A stretch of DNA of 64,000 nucleotides, taken from assembly GCA_036639875.1 (NCBI GenBank), contig JAVWHX010000001.1, positions 87,155 through 151,154 of the forward strand. Direction: 5' to 3'. Both the position numbers and the translations under genes were made by a program. Position 1 is the stretch's first letter. Each line of letters opens with the position of its first letter. Of the stretch, positions 31,637 to 44,300 are shown piece after piece. The notes beneath the pieces were generated by a model. It made no database searches and was not told the origin of the DNA. It worked only from the letters and a program-made list of their open reading frames with translations. The stretch comes from Coprobacillus sp. Lineage in GTDB: Bacteria; Bacillota_I; Bacilli_A; Erysipelotrichales; Coprobacillaceae.

Positions 31637-33034
31637 TTATTCAAATTCGTTTGTTTTTGCAACTTCTCTAATCCAAGCTGCTGATTTCTTTTCTTGACGT
31701 TTATATCCATCATCAAGACATACTCTTACAAATCCATAACGGTTCTTAAATGCATTACACCAAGACCAGTTATCGATTGCTCCCCAATAATGATATCCAA
31801 GACAATTTGCCCCATCTTCAATAGATTTAGCAATCCATTCTAAATGATCTCTTACAAATTCAATACGATAATCATCTTGAATAGTTCCATCTTCATAGAA
31901 TTTATCTTCTCCTTCTACACCCATTCCATTTTCTGAAATAAAGAAAGGTAAATCAGGACATTCTTTTTTGATTTTCATACCAAAGTCGTAAATACCCTTT
32001 GGATAAATTTCCCAACCACGATGAACATTCATTTTTCTTTCTGGCCAGATATATGGTTTTGCAATACATGGTAAACCATTTTCATCAAATTGTTGATCTG
32101 GTGCTTGTACACGTGTTGGTTGATAATAGTTAAATCCTAACCAATCTACTTTTCCTTCTGCCAAGATTGCTTCATCACCTGGTTGTTGAATGATTTCTAC
32201 TTTCCATTCATTTTGAACAGTATCTAATACATCTTGTGGTAAATGTCCATGAGCTACAACATCTAACCACCATCTGTTATGTAAACCATCAGTCATACGA
32301 ACTGCTTCTAAATCCTCAGGTGTTGGATTTTCTTTTGTATATGGAGGTGCAAAACAGTTAATCATACCAATCTTAGCCCCTTCACATAACTTTCCTGCTT
32401 TTTGAAGTTTTCTAAAATTATGAACTGCTAAACAGTGAGCAATCGTAATATGATATTGAACATTAATAGATTGCTTAAAATCATGTAAATATGGATACCA
32501 AGCTCCATGTAAATATTGTTGTTCAGGTTCAACAATTGGTTCATTGAAAGTAAACCAATATTTTACCTTCATACCAAATTCTTCCATAGCTTTTCTTACG
32601 AAGTTTGCATAAGCATCAACAACTTCACGATTTTGCCAACCACCACGTTTAATTAAATATTCTGGCATATCAAAATGATACATATTCATATAAATATCAA
32701 TACCATTTTCATTAGCACAATCAATTAACTTATGATACCAAGCAGCTCCTTCAGGATTAATGTTTCCATCTTGATCTAATAATCTTGTCCATTGCATTGA
32801 TGTTCTAAAAGACTTGAAATTCATACTCTTTAATAACTTAATATCTTCTTCATATCTATGATACATATCATTTCCAACATATGATCCTACTCTATTGTGG
32901 AAAGCACTAATTTCCATATCTGAATACATATCCCAATATGAACGAAGTCTTCCACCAACATTCCAGCTTCCTTCAGTTTGTGGTCCAGACATAGCTGCAC
33001 CAAAGAAAAAATCTTTAGGTAATTTTATTGTCAT
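31637..33034 (-). CDS. glycoside hydrolase family 1 (6-phospho-beta-glucosidase/beta-glucosidase)
   Basis: TFNEP acid/base motif and ISENG nucleophile motif. 465 aa. Confidence 0.9.
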   Translation of the reverse strand: MTIKLPKDFFFGAAMSGPQTEGSWNVGGRLRSYWDMYSDMEISAFHNRVGSYVGNDMYHRYEEDIKLLKSMNFKSFRTSMQWTRLLDQDGNINPEGAAWYHKLIDCANENGIDIYMNMYHFDMPEYLIKRGGWQNREVVDAYANFVRKAMEEFGMKVKYWFTFNEPIVEPEQQYLHGAWYPYLHDFKQSINVQYHITIAHCLAVHNFRKLQKAGKLCEGAKIGMINCFAPPYTKENPTPEDLEAVRMTDGLHNRWWLDVVAHGHLPQDVLDTVQNEWKVEIIQQPGDEAILAEGKVDWLGFNYYQPTRVQAPDQQFDENGLPCIAKPYIWPERKMNVHRGWEIYPKGIYDFGMKIKKECPDLPFFISENGMGVEGEDKFYEDGTIQDDYRIEFVRDHLEWIAKSIEDGANCLGYHYWGAIDNWSWCNAFKNRYGFVRVCLDDGYKRQEKKSAAWIREVAKTNEFE

Positions 33035-33188
33035 TATTATTCCTCCTTATTTTACAACTCTATTATATGGTAAAAAAAGCAATGGGTAAACAACTATTGA
33101 ATAGTTTCAAAATAATTTCATTATCATTTCATAATTTCTTACTTTTATGAAAAATAGTTTCATGGTATAATAAATCCAGGTGATAAAA

Positions 33189-34064
33189 ATGAGTATAATG
33201 ACACAATTAGAATTTGAATTAGATTTCTCATCATCAGAAAAAGAAATCGCTAAATATATCTTAAATCATGGTGATAATGTTTTAAGCATGTCCGTCAAAG
33301 AATTAGCTAAACATACATATACTTCTCCAGCAACAATTGTTCGATTATGTAAAAAAATCGGATTAGAGGGATATAATGATTTCAAAATTAAATATTCGGC
33401 AGAACTTCAGTATGATTTACATCATAATGATCGGATTGATGTTAATTTTCCTTTTACTGAAGATGATTCACAAACATTGATTAGTCGTAAGATAGCTTCT
33501 TTATCACAAGAAGTTATCTCTGAAACAACTAAACTTATTAATTTTGATCAACTTGATAAAATAGTGAATCTTATATATCAATATCACGATATTGATATAT
33601 ATGGTTCTGGTAATTCATTACTTGCTGCCATGTCATTTCAACATAAAATGATGCGTATTCAACGAAGTATTAATATTAAGTTTTTACACGGAGAACAAGT
33701 TTTTCAATCGTATAATGCAAGTCCTAAACGATTATCGATTATTATTTCTTATTCAGGAGAAACATATGATCTTATTCAAATTGCTCAAACAGTAAAAGAA
33801 AAGAATTCTCCTTTAATTGTTTTAACTTCAATTGGAGATAATCATTTATCTCATTATGCAGATTATATTCTCAACTTTGGTTCACGTGAAAAAGTCTTTA
33901 CAAAGATTGCTCCATTTGCTTCTCAAACATCAATGGAATACTTGATGAATGTTATATTCTCTTGTATATTTCAAAAAGATTATGATGAAAACATTCAAAA
34001 TAAAATTAGTTATGATAAGAAAAACGATGCTAGACATCCTCGTTCTAGTCCAGTTAGTGATTAA
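33189..34064 (+). CDS. MurR/RpiR-family regulator (HTH plus SIS domain)
   Basis: HTH_6-like N-terminus (MSVKELAKHTYTSPATIVRLCKKIGLEGYNDFK) and SIS block (IYGSGNSLLAA). Divergent from the GH1 gene. Confidence 0.85.
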   Translation: MSIMTQLEFELDFSSSEKEIAKYILNHGDNVLSMSVKELAKHTYTSPATIVRLCKKIGLEGYNDFKIKYSAELQYDLHHNDRIDVNFPFTEDDSQTLISRKIASLSQEVISETTKLINFDQLDKIVNLIYQYHDIDIYGSGNSLLAAMSFQHKMMRIQRSINIKFLHGEQVFQSYNASPKRLSIIISYSGETYDLIQIAQTVKEKNSPLIVLTSIGDNHLSHYADYILNFGSREKVFTKIAPFASQTSMEYLMNVIFSCIFQKDYDENIQNKISYDKKNDARHPRSSPVSD

Positions 34065-34098
34065 AAAAGAAGTGTAGTTTTTTACACTTCTTTTCTTT
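34063..34098. terminator. bidirectional rho-independent terminator
   Basis: Perfect stem AAGAAGTGTA/TACACTTCTT with a 6-nt loop. A-run on the left and T-rich sequence on the right. Lies between convergent genes. Confidence 0.6.
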
Positions 34099-34108
34099 AG
34101 GAGAAAAA

Positions 34109-35506
34109 CTATATATATTCATCAGCATTTGATGATGTTTGACCAGTTGAAACTTTTAACTCTTGAAGAGAAGATTCGTTAATACTAAAGTTAGCTAATA
34201 TCGCTGGTTTAATTTCTTCATTCTTAGTTATTGTTTTATAACCAGGATTATATAAGTATCTCATCGACCAAGTTTCTTCTTCACTATAAGTAGATTTCGG
34301 ATTTTTAATATAATAAGCAATATATTTAACATCATCAGGATTATTTTTATCTATAAAATTTTGAGTTGTTTGTTTATATACTGCAATAACATGAGTTGCT
34401 TTCAATTTACTTGTAGCAAAATACATAGAATCAAACTCAACAGTCCTTTTGATAGCACTATTCGTTGTTGAATAATTCTGAGCTTTTTTATCAACATCAC
34501 TTTTCATGTTTTCAAGTAGTTCTTGTGGTATTTGTGAGCTATCTGTATATACTTTTATCAAACCAGAAACTTCTACCTCAACTGTATCATTTGTTATTCT
34601 AATATTATTTCTATCAGCATCACTTTGAGAATATTTAGCAATAACAGTTACTTTCTGGCCATTAGACAATTCCCCATTTTCAACCTCATCAGTTTCCACC
34701 ATTTGATAATCAACACTCTCTAAAAAATCCTTGATATTATGATTATTTCCTTGATAATCACTGAGTGCAGTAATTAATGCTTTACCACTACCATCGGTAC
34801 CTAAGCATGATAATTCAACACTCTCAACAAGATTAATTTTAGTGATTTGGAAAAATGTTCGATAAATATAATAACCTCCACCACAAACAAAAATCAATGA
34901 CATAACAATTCCAAAAACAATAAAGATATTCTTATTACTTTTTCTAGGAGGTAATTGTAATGAATTCTCATTATTGATAACTTGATGAAGAGTATTTTCT
35001 TGAACAGAAAGACTTTTCAAATAACAATTATGTATCTTTGGGACAATCATTATTTTATGCATATCTAAACATAAAATCAATGAATAAAGTCCTGTTAAAT
35101 AAGCAAAGTAAAATGACCAATTATATATCCTCATACTAGAACTTATTAGCCCAATATATTGAACATTTGAAGAAGAACTTCCAAAATTCAGATTCTTTAA
35201 TAATGAAAGCATAAACTGTATTCCAAACAATCCTAATATTGACATTACGATTGAAATAATAGCTAAAACTAAAATTGTTGAATCCTTAGCTTTGTGAGAA
35301 TAATAATAAAAAGATCCCAAACATATAAAAATTGCTAGTAACAAACTAACAAATACTCCAACTATTAAAGCAAAATTAAAGAAAGGATGAACTCCTAAAA
35401 ATATTTTTACGCCTATATTTAAAAACAAATAATAAACACCTACAAAAATTCCTAAATAAACTAATAAATTCCTTTTTAAAAAACCATTACTAGAAACTGA
35501 ACTCAT
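34109..35506 (-). CDS. hypothetical membrane protein (polytopic N-terminal half, extracellular C-terminal domain)
   Basis: 465 aa. About six TM helices, then an approx 250 aa soluble domain. No motif recognised. Confidence 0.5.
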   Translation of the reverse strand: MSSVSSNGFLKRNLLVYLGIFVGVYYLFLNIGVKIFLGVHPFFNFALIVGVFVSLLLAIFICLGSFYYYSHKAKDSTILVLAIISIVMSILGLFGIQFMLSLLKNLNFGSSSSNVQYIGLISSSMRIYNWSFYFAYLTGLYSLILCLDMHKIMIVPKIHNCYLKSLSVQENTLHQVINNENSLQLPPRKSNKNIFIVFGIVMSLIFVCGGGYYIYRTFFQITKINLVESVELSCLGTDGSGKALITALSDYQGNNHNIKDFLESVDYQMVETDEVENGELSNGQKVTVIAKYSQSDADRNNIRITNDTVEVEVSGLIKVYTDSSQIPQELLENMKSDVDKKAQNYSTTNSAIKRTVEFDSMYFATSKLKATHVIAVYKQTTQNFIDKNNPDDVKYIAYYIKNPKSTYSEEETWSMRYLYNPGYKTITKNEEIKPAILANFSINESSLQELKVSTGQTSSNADEYI

Positions 35507-35608
35507 TTCGACAATATCCCCCTTTTTAATTATTCTATCAAAAAAAAGTCATAAATATGGTCACACCAAGACATAAAAAAACATATAACATATGAGTTAT
35601 AAGCTTTG

Positions 35609-36496
35609 TTAAAATAAACTTAATTGTTCATTTTTAGGTTTTTCAGTTTTATATGCTTTTATAATATCTTCCATTCTGTATAACAATCCATATTTCTTAC
35701 ACTCTTTTTCAAATATATATCTGATATGACTTATATTTTTTGATTTACATAAATACTTTTGCCCATAACGTTTGTTATATTTATCTTTTAATCCTGGAAA
35801 TGACTTATCTAATTGTTCATAAAAATATTCTCTTTGTCCATCTCGCAAACTTACTCCAAAGAAGCAGTTTACAAACTTAGCACCTGCTTCATATGATAAT
35901 CTCACAATTTCTTTTATATTCTCATCATTATCAGTAATAAATGGAAGAACAGGATGAAGCAGAACTCCTGTAAAAATACCAGCATCACTGATTTTTTTAA
36001 TAGCAGCAAATCTCTTTGATGATACACATACATGAGGTTCTATAATTGAAGATAAATGATCATCAGCACATGTTATTGACATCTTGACTATGACATCATT
36101 ATATTTTTTTATATCTAAAAATAAATCAATATCTCTTACAACCAAATCACTCTTTGTCTCTAAAGAAACCCCAAAATGATAATCTCTCAGCAACATCAAT
36201 GATTGTCTAGTTACCTGTTGTATTTCTTCAAAACGATTATAACTATCACTCATTGCTCCAATCCCAACAACACCTTTAAATTTTTTACTTCTTAATTGTT
36301 GAGCTAATATTTCAATCGCATTCTCTTTTAACTTTACTGTATCAAAATCATAGTTTTGATAACAATCACTACGACTATCACAATAAATACAACCATGATG
36401 ACATCCCCGATATAAATTCATATTATATTCATTGCCAAACCATGCATCAGGATATTTCGTTTTCGTTAAAATTGTTTTTGCTTGTATTGTTTGCAT
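35609..36496 (-). CDS. radical SAM protein, SplB/COG1533-like (paralogue 2)
   Basis: CHHGCIYC cluster motif. Collinear with the 15641-16465 product (YRGC.HGCIYC, GSVSDSYQP versus GAMSDSYNR). Confidence 0.8.
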   Translation of the reverse strand: MQTIQAKTILTKTKYPDAWFGNEYNMNLYRGCHHGCIYCDSRSDCYQNYDFDTVKLKENAIEILAQQLRSKKFKGVVGIGAMSDSYNRFEEIQQVTRQSLMLLRDYHFGVSLETKSDLVVRDIDLFLDIKKYNDVIVKMSITCADDHLSSIIEPHVCVSSKRFAAIKKISDAGIFTGVLLHPVLPFITDNDENIKEIVRLSYEAGAKFVNCFFGVSLRDGQREYFYEQLDKSFPGLKDKYNKRYGQKYLCKSKNISHIRYIFEKECKKYGLLYRMEDIIKAYKTEKPKNEQLSLF

Positions 36497-36552
36497 ATAA
36501 TCACCTTGTTATATTATAAATGATAAAAACAAAAAAAGAAACACTAAGGTTT

Positions 36553-36951
36553 CTATCTTTGTAATGCTTTCTTTAAATCTTGAATATAACTTTTTTGTTG
36601 TTTACGTATATAGGGTTTAGCCATTAAATTCATAACCATCTTCTTAACTTCAATAGATTCAATCAATTCAATATGAACCAACTGATTCTCCAAAACCTTA
36701 AACTTTCCAATCCAATGCCCCTCAATATTGTCATTCTTAATATCAAACTCATAAACTTCATTCATAACTTTACAAGTAATTGTGAATTCAGTACGATATC
36801 CAGATTTATCATATTCAATAAAGTGATTATCATCAACAACTTCAATTCTTTCAATATCACTTCTCCATAATTGATTATCTAAATTGGTTATAAGATCCCA
36901 TACTTCATTTATAGAATTCTGAAAAGTTTCTTCTATTTTTACGATATGCAT
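36553..36951 (-). CDS. SRPBCC-superfamily protein
   Basis: Approx 132 aa. The N-terminal pattern IEETFQNSINEVWDLITNLDNQLWRSDI is typical of START/Bet v1-like proteins. Start at the seventh codon of the track ORF. Confidence 0.55.
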   Translation of the reverse strand: MHIVKIEETFQNSINEVWDLITNLDNQLWRSDIERIEVVDDNHFIEYDKSGYRTEFTITCKVMNEVYEFDIKNDNIEGHWIGKFKVLENQLVHIELIESIEVKKMVMNLMAKPYIRKQQKSYIQDLKKALQR

Positions 36952-36992
36952 ATTGTCCCATCCCTTCATATAGGATATTATAGCATATTATT

Positions 36993-37220
36993 TTAAAATA
37001 AACTTATAATTTGTATACCATTATTAAAATTAACACCAACATGAAAATTATCATTTTTATCAAAATAAATAATCTGATACCATCGATGTTCTCCATCTTC
37101 TTTAATATAATCAGAACTATCATTCATTAACATCCCAATACCTGATAATAAAATTCCTATAACTAATAAAAGACTTGCAAAGAACAAAGTTAACTTATGA
37201 ACACTCTTTGATTTTAACAT
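36993..37220 (-). CDS. small membrane protein
   Basis: 75 aa with one TM helix. Overlaps the upstream gene's stop by 7 nt, which suggests co-translation. Confidence 0.4.
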   Translation of the reverse strand: MLKSKSVHKLTLFFASLLLVIGILLSGIGMLMNDSSDYIKEDGEHRWYQIIYFDKNDNFHVGVNFNNGIQIISLF

Positions 37221-37810
37221 ATTGCTCCCACCTTTCTAAACACATCTATAAGCCATTGTTTAACATTTTCATTAACATTCTTTGTTATTTTCATAATACG
37301 TCCATAAACAATATAAGTAAGGTAAATACCAATAATTGACATTGCACCCATTAATGCACTAACACCAAGCTGCGTTAAAGCTAATGAAATTGATTCAGTA
37401 AATAATATCATTGAACCAAAGATTCCTATAACAAAAGCTATAAAACCACTAATTCCAAATGCAACTGTTACTATAGGCACACACCAAAGTAGAATGTAAA
37501 ATGATAATATTAAACATGCTGCTGCTGCTAATAAAGATCCCCATAATGGAAAACCTAAGATCAATAAAATAGAAACAGATATTGACGTTGATTTCTTCAT
37601 CTTTTTAATCTCAATAACTTCTTGTCCATTAATATTAGCAAGTATTTCTTGCATACTCCCTAATCTAGATACAGCTTCACTTTCTTCAATTCCATCTTCT
37701 ACTAAATCATCAATCATCTCTTCATAATAAGTAATAGATTGACAGACAGTTTCATAAGATTCGTTTTTTAATTCTTTTTTTAACTTCTCTATAAATTCTT
37801 GTTTTGTCAT
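37214..37810 (-). CDS. DUF1700-like membrane protein (PadR partner)
   Basis: MTKQEFIEKLKKELKNESYETVCQSITYYEEMIDD N-terminus typical of DUF1700. C-terminal TM helices. 4-nt overlap with the PadR gene. Confidence 0.6.
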   Translation of the reverse strand: MTKQEFIEKLKKELKNESYETVCQSITYYEEMIDDLVEDGIEESEAVSRLGSMQEILANINGQEVIEIKKMKKSTSISVSILLILGFPLWGSLLAAAACLILSFYILLWCVPIVTVAFGISGFIAFVIGIFGSMILFTESISLALTQLGVSALMGAMSIIGIYLTYIVYGRIMKITKNVNENVKQWLIDVFRKVGAIC

Positions 37811-38121
37811 TTTTCTAATTCCCCTTTTATATATTTATGAATTGTTTCAATTTGATACCATTCATTTAGAAAATCTTCAATATGTTGTTTTCCAAGTTTT
37901 GTAATCTTATAATACTTACGTAATCGGCTATTATGTTCAACAGAATATGTTTCTACATAATCATTACCTTCTAATCTTTTTAAAATAGGATAAAGCGTAG
38001 ATTCAGATATTTCTATATATTCACTAGTATCTTTAATAATCTGATAACCATACGAATCTTTTTGTACAAGACTTGCTAAAACACAAAATTCTAAAAAACC
38101 TTTCTTGAGTTGTATATCCAC
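37807..38121 (-). CDS. PadR-family transcriptional regulator
   Basis: KGFLEFCVLASLVQKDSYGYQIIKD ... STLYPILKRLEGNDYV. GTG start with GGGAGG RBS. Confidence 0.85.
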   Translation of the reverse strand: MDIQLKKGFLEFCVLASLVQKDSYGYQIIKDTSEYIEISESTLYPILKRLEGNDYVETYSVEHNSRLRKYYKITKLGKQHIEDFLNEWYQIETIHKYIKGELEK

Positions 38122-38144
38122 ATCAATACCTCCCTCTACACCAT

Positions 38145-38173
38145 ACTATACATTACATAGTATAATGTGTCAA
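38145..38173 (-). promoter_or_regulatory. sigma-A-type promoter of the PadR/DUF1700 operon with embedded inverted repeat
   Basis: Minus strand reads TTGACA-N17-TATAGT. A 7-bp inverted repeat ATACTAT/ATAGTAT with a 7-nt spacer spans the -10 region and is a candidate PadR operator. Confidence 0.65.
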
Positions 38174-38285
38174 GGAGTATAGTAAAAAAAGATAAATATC
38201 TCTTTATAAAAATGCAATAATGAATTTGAAGAATCCTATACAGCGATTAAATATGGAATTAATAAAGAATAAATAATTTCATAAT

Positions 38286-38331
38286 AAAAATCCTCTTTTA
38301 GTAGTTTTGATTATTCTACCATTAGAGGATA
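38286..38331 (-). terminator. rho-independent terminator closing the 24.5-kb operon
   Basis: ATCCTCT ... AGAGGAT outer stem with partial inner pairing, followed on the minus strand by TTTTTATTAT. Lies 35 nt downstream of the giant ORF's stop. Confidence 0.5.
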
Positions 38332-38364
38332 TTTTATAATTTCTTATAAAAACTGCTTTTCTTT

Positions 38365-41300
38365 TTAATTCTGTATCATCTTTCTTTTCTTATATAACAC
38401 AACTAATAATGCACTTATTGAAATAAATACTGTACCTATAACCACCCAATCTAATGGGAATCCATTATTTATTTTATTGACTTGTGGTTCATTCTTTAAC
38501 TGTTTTATATCCAAACCATTCTTCTCTAATTCTTTTATCTTTTCATTTTCACTGATTATTTCTTCTTCAGCTTCTAGAATTGATTGTTTTTGATACGTTT
38601 CGAATTTTCCTTCCTTTGCATTATATTTTGTTACATAAGCTTGTCTTTCTTGACTATTCTTTGATTTCTGTTTCTCTACTTTTTCAATAATTTCTTCTTT
38701 TTCTTCACTCGTTAACACTGTCTTCTCAGTATCACTATTCTTATTTGAAACGATTATCATTTCAGCTTCTTCTAATAGTGTTAACCCTTCTTCATCTAAC
38801 TGTATAAGTTCGTTTTCAAAGGTTTCTACATCTCCTTCTTTACTTTCAATGTTCTCAACTGGTGCATCAAACAATGAGAAAAAGCTAGTTTTCATAAAGT
38901 CAAAGAATCCTATATCTTTTGATTGACTTTCTACATCAATTGTTTTTCCTGAAAGATAATCAAATCCAACCAATGTTCCATCTTTATATCTGACAAACAT
39001 TATTGTTGTATCATTTTCCATAGTTCCACTGATTTCAACAATATCTTCATTCCTGAATCCTTCTGGAGTCTTAATCTCTCCTATTACATTCAACAATTTT
39101 CCATTTTCTTGTAAGATACACTGTATTTGTTTTCCATTGTAAACATCAACAATAACTTGTATCCCTCTTTTTTCCAAGTGTCCATCTATGATATGAAGTT
39201 TACCTCGTTTAACAAGTAACATATCATTCACTTCTTTATTGTTTGTTGTTGAATAGGTTGAATAGTTCTTAATCTGATATCCTTGATTCTCTCCGCTATA
39301 TATTTCCTTTGTCTCTAAGAGTTCTCCTAAGATAGCTGCTTTTCTCTTTTTACTGTCTTTTAAACTCACTATCTCCTGTTCCTTACTCAAGACTTCATTA
39401 TGATATAAATGGATATAGTCTCCTTGCCACTTCATATCATTATCTTTAACTCCATCATCTACAAGATAATAATAGCGATTCTTATATGTAGATACACTTT
39501 GTATAACATCTTCTGCCTTTACAAGATAATCATATGATTCTTTTCCATATGAAACTTTTATTTCTATATCTGTTTGATAATCATATCCTATTGTCAGAGT
39601 TCTCTCTTTGACTGTATATTCCTTTTCAGTACTTCCATAAGATAACTTCACTTGGATACCTTTATCTTGATACGCTGATAGAGAATCATTAAATTCTATG
39701 TTAATTCTATCTGTACCTGATGAATAAACATTTAATTTTGGTAATTTCTTTTCTATTGTTGCCATTCTTGCCTTACTGCTTAATGTTCCTAAAGATGGTG
39801 TTCTAGGAATATAATCTAATCTTGCTTCTCCTTCAAAGAGTCCATCTAATACCGAGTAGGCTGTACTATAATCTCCTGGCACTGCCAATCCTTCTTGATA
39901 TTTAGGTGTCGTATTCCCAGATACAACAGATGGTAAATAACCATGAGTGTCAAATGTAAATAATGGTGATATTTTTTTATTGGTTGCATCAATTGCATAG
40001 TAATAGCCTCTAGATGGAATTGTGATTTGATTTCCCTTTCCAGCTACAATGGAAGTACTATTATCTTTCCCTAAATTATAGTTTCTATCTTTATACCATG
40101 TATAATCACCATCTTCAAGGATAATTGTTTGAGGAGATACATCATTTCCTTCATAATAAGTCTGTCCTTCTACAACTTTTGCAGTAGTGAAGTAATTACT
40201 TAAATATGCCAAAACCGATGACCATATAGTATCTTCATTCACTTTTAACTTCAATGATATCCTTTGGAATTGACACGTTACTGACGAGATTGTAACATCC
40301 CCCTCTTTTGATTTAATAACCAAATCGTACATTTCTGATGGTTTATTAGCTGAGTAAATCTTATATGTCCCATCTGGTAAATCTGCATGAACTCTAAAAA
40401 CATGTTTTGTATAATCTATTGGTGTAAAACTAAAGTCATTCTTCCCGTTAACTGCACTAAAATCTCTACCTAATTCTAGAGTCGCATACACAGACATTTG
40501 ATTTGTTGCCCAAGCCAATCCTGGACGCTTTGAATTCTTAGTAGTTCCAGTCACTGGATCATAGACATTTGTCAACAAGTCATAATCACCAATATCCGCT
40601 TCTGTAATGACTTCAATATGTTCTCTAGTTGGATCTTGCCATATGCCTGCATCCTTTGCTTTGATACCATTTAATGTAGAATTCTCTTCAATCTTTATTC
40701 CTAATATATTCTTATCTTCTACAATGTCTCGATAATTATATGTAACGAAATTACTTTTCTCTTTATCAACACTGCTAACTCTTGAATTATGAATCAGATA
40801 ACCTCTCAATCTTTTAATAGGCGTAACTCCCTCAACTTCTTGAACATAACCAAATAAACCACCTGCATAAGATGAAGCATGAACATCAATATTAGATACA
40901 TATCCACCATATGATGAAAAATTCGGATTATCTAAAATAACACAACCAGCAATACCACCTGCATAATTATTCTTAGCAGTTATCTTTGTATCTCTTACAA
41001 TTGCATAACGAGTAGTAATATTTGTATCCATTCCATAACTACCGCCAAAGAACCCTCCTGCATAGTTATTTGCCTCAATTTCACACCTTGCAACTACATT
41101 ATGCCAATCTGTTGACTTTACAGTTTTATGACCTGAAAAACCAATAATTCCTCCTGCATAATCTTTAGTTGTTTTAACCTTTGTATCATATACCGCACAC
41201 CAATAAGGAGGTGGTGAATATACTTTGTTTTCAATGTCGGCTTCTCCATCTGTTATAACATTACCTGACCCTACAATACCACCTGCATACTTTTCTGCTT

Positions 41301-44300
41301 GAACATCGGCATTAACCACTGTAACTGTATAACAACCGCCTCTACCTACTACACCTCCAGCTGCATATTTTGCACGCACATTAGCAAATCGAACTTCACT
41401 ATTCACCACCGAATTATTACATTCGCCAGCGACTCCTCCTGCATTAAATCTTTCTGCATTAACAGTCACATTTTCAATTATAGAATTGGAGACATTACCT
41501 TTGCCTAATATTCCTCCTATTCCCGAACCACCTTTAAGATTTATGTTTTTTGCATTAATATCATAAACAATTCCTGTCCCAGTCCCAACTGCACCTCCAA
41601 TATAATAACTAGAGATAGTTGAATTAATAGTTATATCTTGAAGAGAGACTCCATCAAGTTCAGAATTATTTATGTTTGCATAAGTTACCCCAAAAATTCC
41701 TCCATGATTTGTTCCATTTCCTTCAATTAACACATTCTTTGCGCTATAATTTGTTGAAATTTTTGTCGTATTATAACCGCCTATACCCCCTATGTTTGAT
41801 TTTCCTTTAAGCGAAACATTTTCAACTGATATGTCATTGTTGGAAGTAGCTTTTAAATAAGTTACATTTTGATAACCAACTATTCCTCCTACCGAAGTAC
41901 TTTCGCTCGCATTAACAATTATATTCTTACCTGTTATATTTTGCATACCTCCACTGCAACTTCCTACTAACCCACCAACTGATCCATTTGTACCAGTAAT
42001 TACCGTCTTATAAGTTCCTTCTATCAGAATTTCGGAAACTTCCACATTTTTGATATTACCTACATTATTTCCAATCATCCCTATTATCGAACCATTAAAA
42101 AGGTTTGCATTTAACTTACTATTTTTAAATACACAATTCTCTAAATCTGCTGAGTTTTGTTTTATGATTCCCATTGCTCCTTTATTTGGCGCTGATGTTT
42201 CATAATTTATGTTGATATTATCAAATGTTATATCTGATATTCCACTCATACTATTTTTAATTAAATTATATCCTTGTGAATCATTAAATGTTAAGTTTTT
42301 AATAATACTTGTTGCTTTATCTTGACCTATAAATCTATTTACAGCTACATCTAATACTGGGTTTTTTATGCCCTCAAAGTCTATTATCCCAATTATTTTA
42401 AAGTTCTCTGATGATTCTTTATGATTCGCAACTATATTTTGCCATTGTTGGCTATTACTTATCTCCCAATAAACTGGTCCTTGATAATCCACCATGCTTG
42501 ATAATGTCATTATTGCTGGGTTCTTTTTGTTTTTTAATATAACATTTAATTTATATAAGTCTAAAGCCTTTAACTTCTTTGAAGTAATTGTACATACACT
42601 GACATCATTCTTTGTTGTTTTATCAATTGATAATTCTGTCATATCATCAATTGTTATGTTTTGAATATCAAATCCTTCATGATGAACTTCAACTTCAACT
42701 TCATATGTCTCTCCCATTTGTTTGGAATTGATAACTGACATTTTCACATTATCTGAGCTTAAGTATTTTGACTGTTGATCTGGTAATAGTTCTCCATTTG
42801 TATTCTTAACTTTAGGAAGCGCTCCATTTTCTACTTCTGAATAATCAAAGGCATTTCCCATCTTAATAGTATATAGATATGTATCTTTATTAGATAACTG
42901 TTCTCTTGTTAGAAGTCCTGTCGCATCATCAACACCTATATCCATATTGTTAAAATATTGTCCACTATAGGCATAATTATCTTTATCTATTGGATAGCTA
43001 TTCTTTTTTGCAGCTATACGATGCGCATAGTTATAATCCGCTTTACTTAACATCATACTTCCTACACTTAAACAATTACGCGATGATGTATTAACAGAAA
43101 TACCACCATTATATTCATTACTTGATTCGATGATTACATCTGAATAACATCTTTGGATTTTTCCCTCTTCATTAGCTACTCTAACACCAACTAATCCTCC
43201 ATTATTCATTAAGCTTTTAATTTTTCCAGATGCATAACTATCTAATAATACACCTGAGCTGCCAAGTTTTCCTACTATCCCAGCAGCAGATGGTGAAATT
43301 TCTGTTCTTGAAGTGTCTAATTCAATTTCAAAATCACTCACATAACAGTGATTAAGTTTACCATTTAAAGTACTAGTCATACCAGAAATGGTATTTGATG
43401 TTGCCGTGTTTGATGGTACACTCTTTAATTTCATATCTTTGATAGAACAGTTTTTAATTTCAGACATCATTCCCGCTGTATTCACCAATCCCGAGATTAT
43501 TCCGTCTGTTCCTTCAAGAGATATATCTCTGATATGTATATTACTAATTTCTCCTATTGTTGTATTTATCAAAGCAGTTGAAAGAGTTGTATCTCTCATC
43601 CACTCAAATCCTTGAATTCTTACATTTTTAAATGTTCCATTCATTGCATCTATTAATGCACTAACTTTAGAAAAATCAGAAGGTGGGTTGATATTTGAGA
43701 TTGTATGCATTCCTATGAGTTTACCATCTGCATCATATTTTCCTCCGTCAAACTTCCCAGTAAACTTAGTCAAATAAATGCTGTTATAATTACTTACCGT
43801 TGAAAAGTCTAAATCTGTTTTTAATCGATAATTTTGACTTTGATTACTTGCCATAATCATCCAATCATTAAAACTATTAATCGGTTTATAGAACTCTGCT
43901 TTTATACTGCTGTCTGTCACAGTTGCACTGTTCTCTGTATGTGTAGAACGATAATCAAACTTTGATATCTTATATTCTGATACATAGACTTTTGGATTAC
44001 TGACTTTTACTTTGACTTCATAAAAATGATTAACAACCTGTTGTTCAAAGATAATACAATCCACATTATCTACTGTAATATTTGATATGATATCATTGTT
44101 TGGATTGGTCATCTTGATTGTTACATCTGCATAGTCTTCTGTTTGTTTTGTAACAACACTATCGACCACTTTTGGTGCAATGCCATCTTCAACTTCAGGA
44201 AGTTTTATATAAGGTTGATACTTATCCATACAGCTGTCCATTTTAAGTTGAGGATAATATCCTAATTCAACTAATGAATCTACTTCAAAAGTATTTTCTT

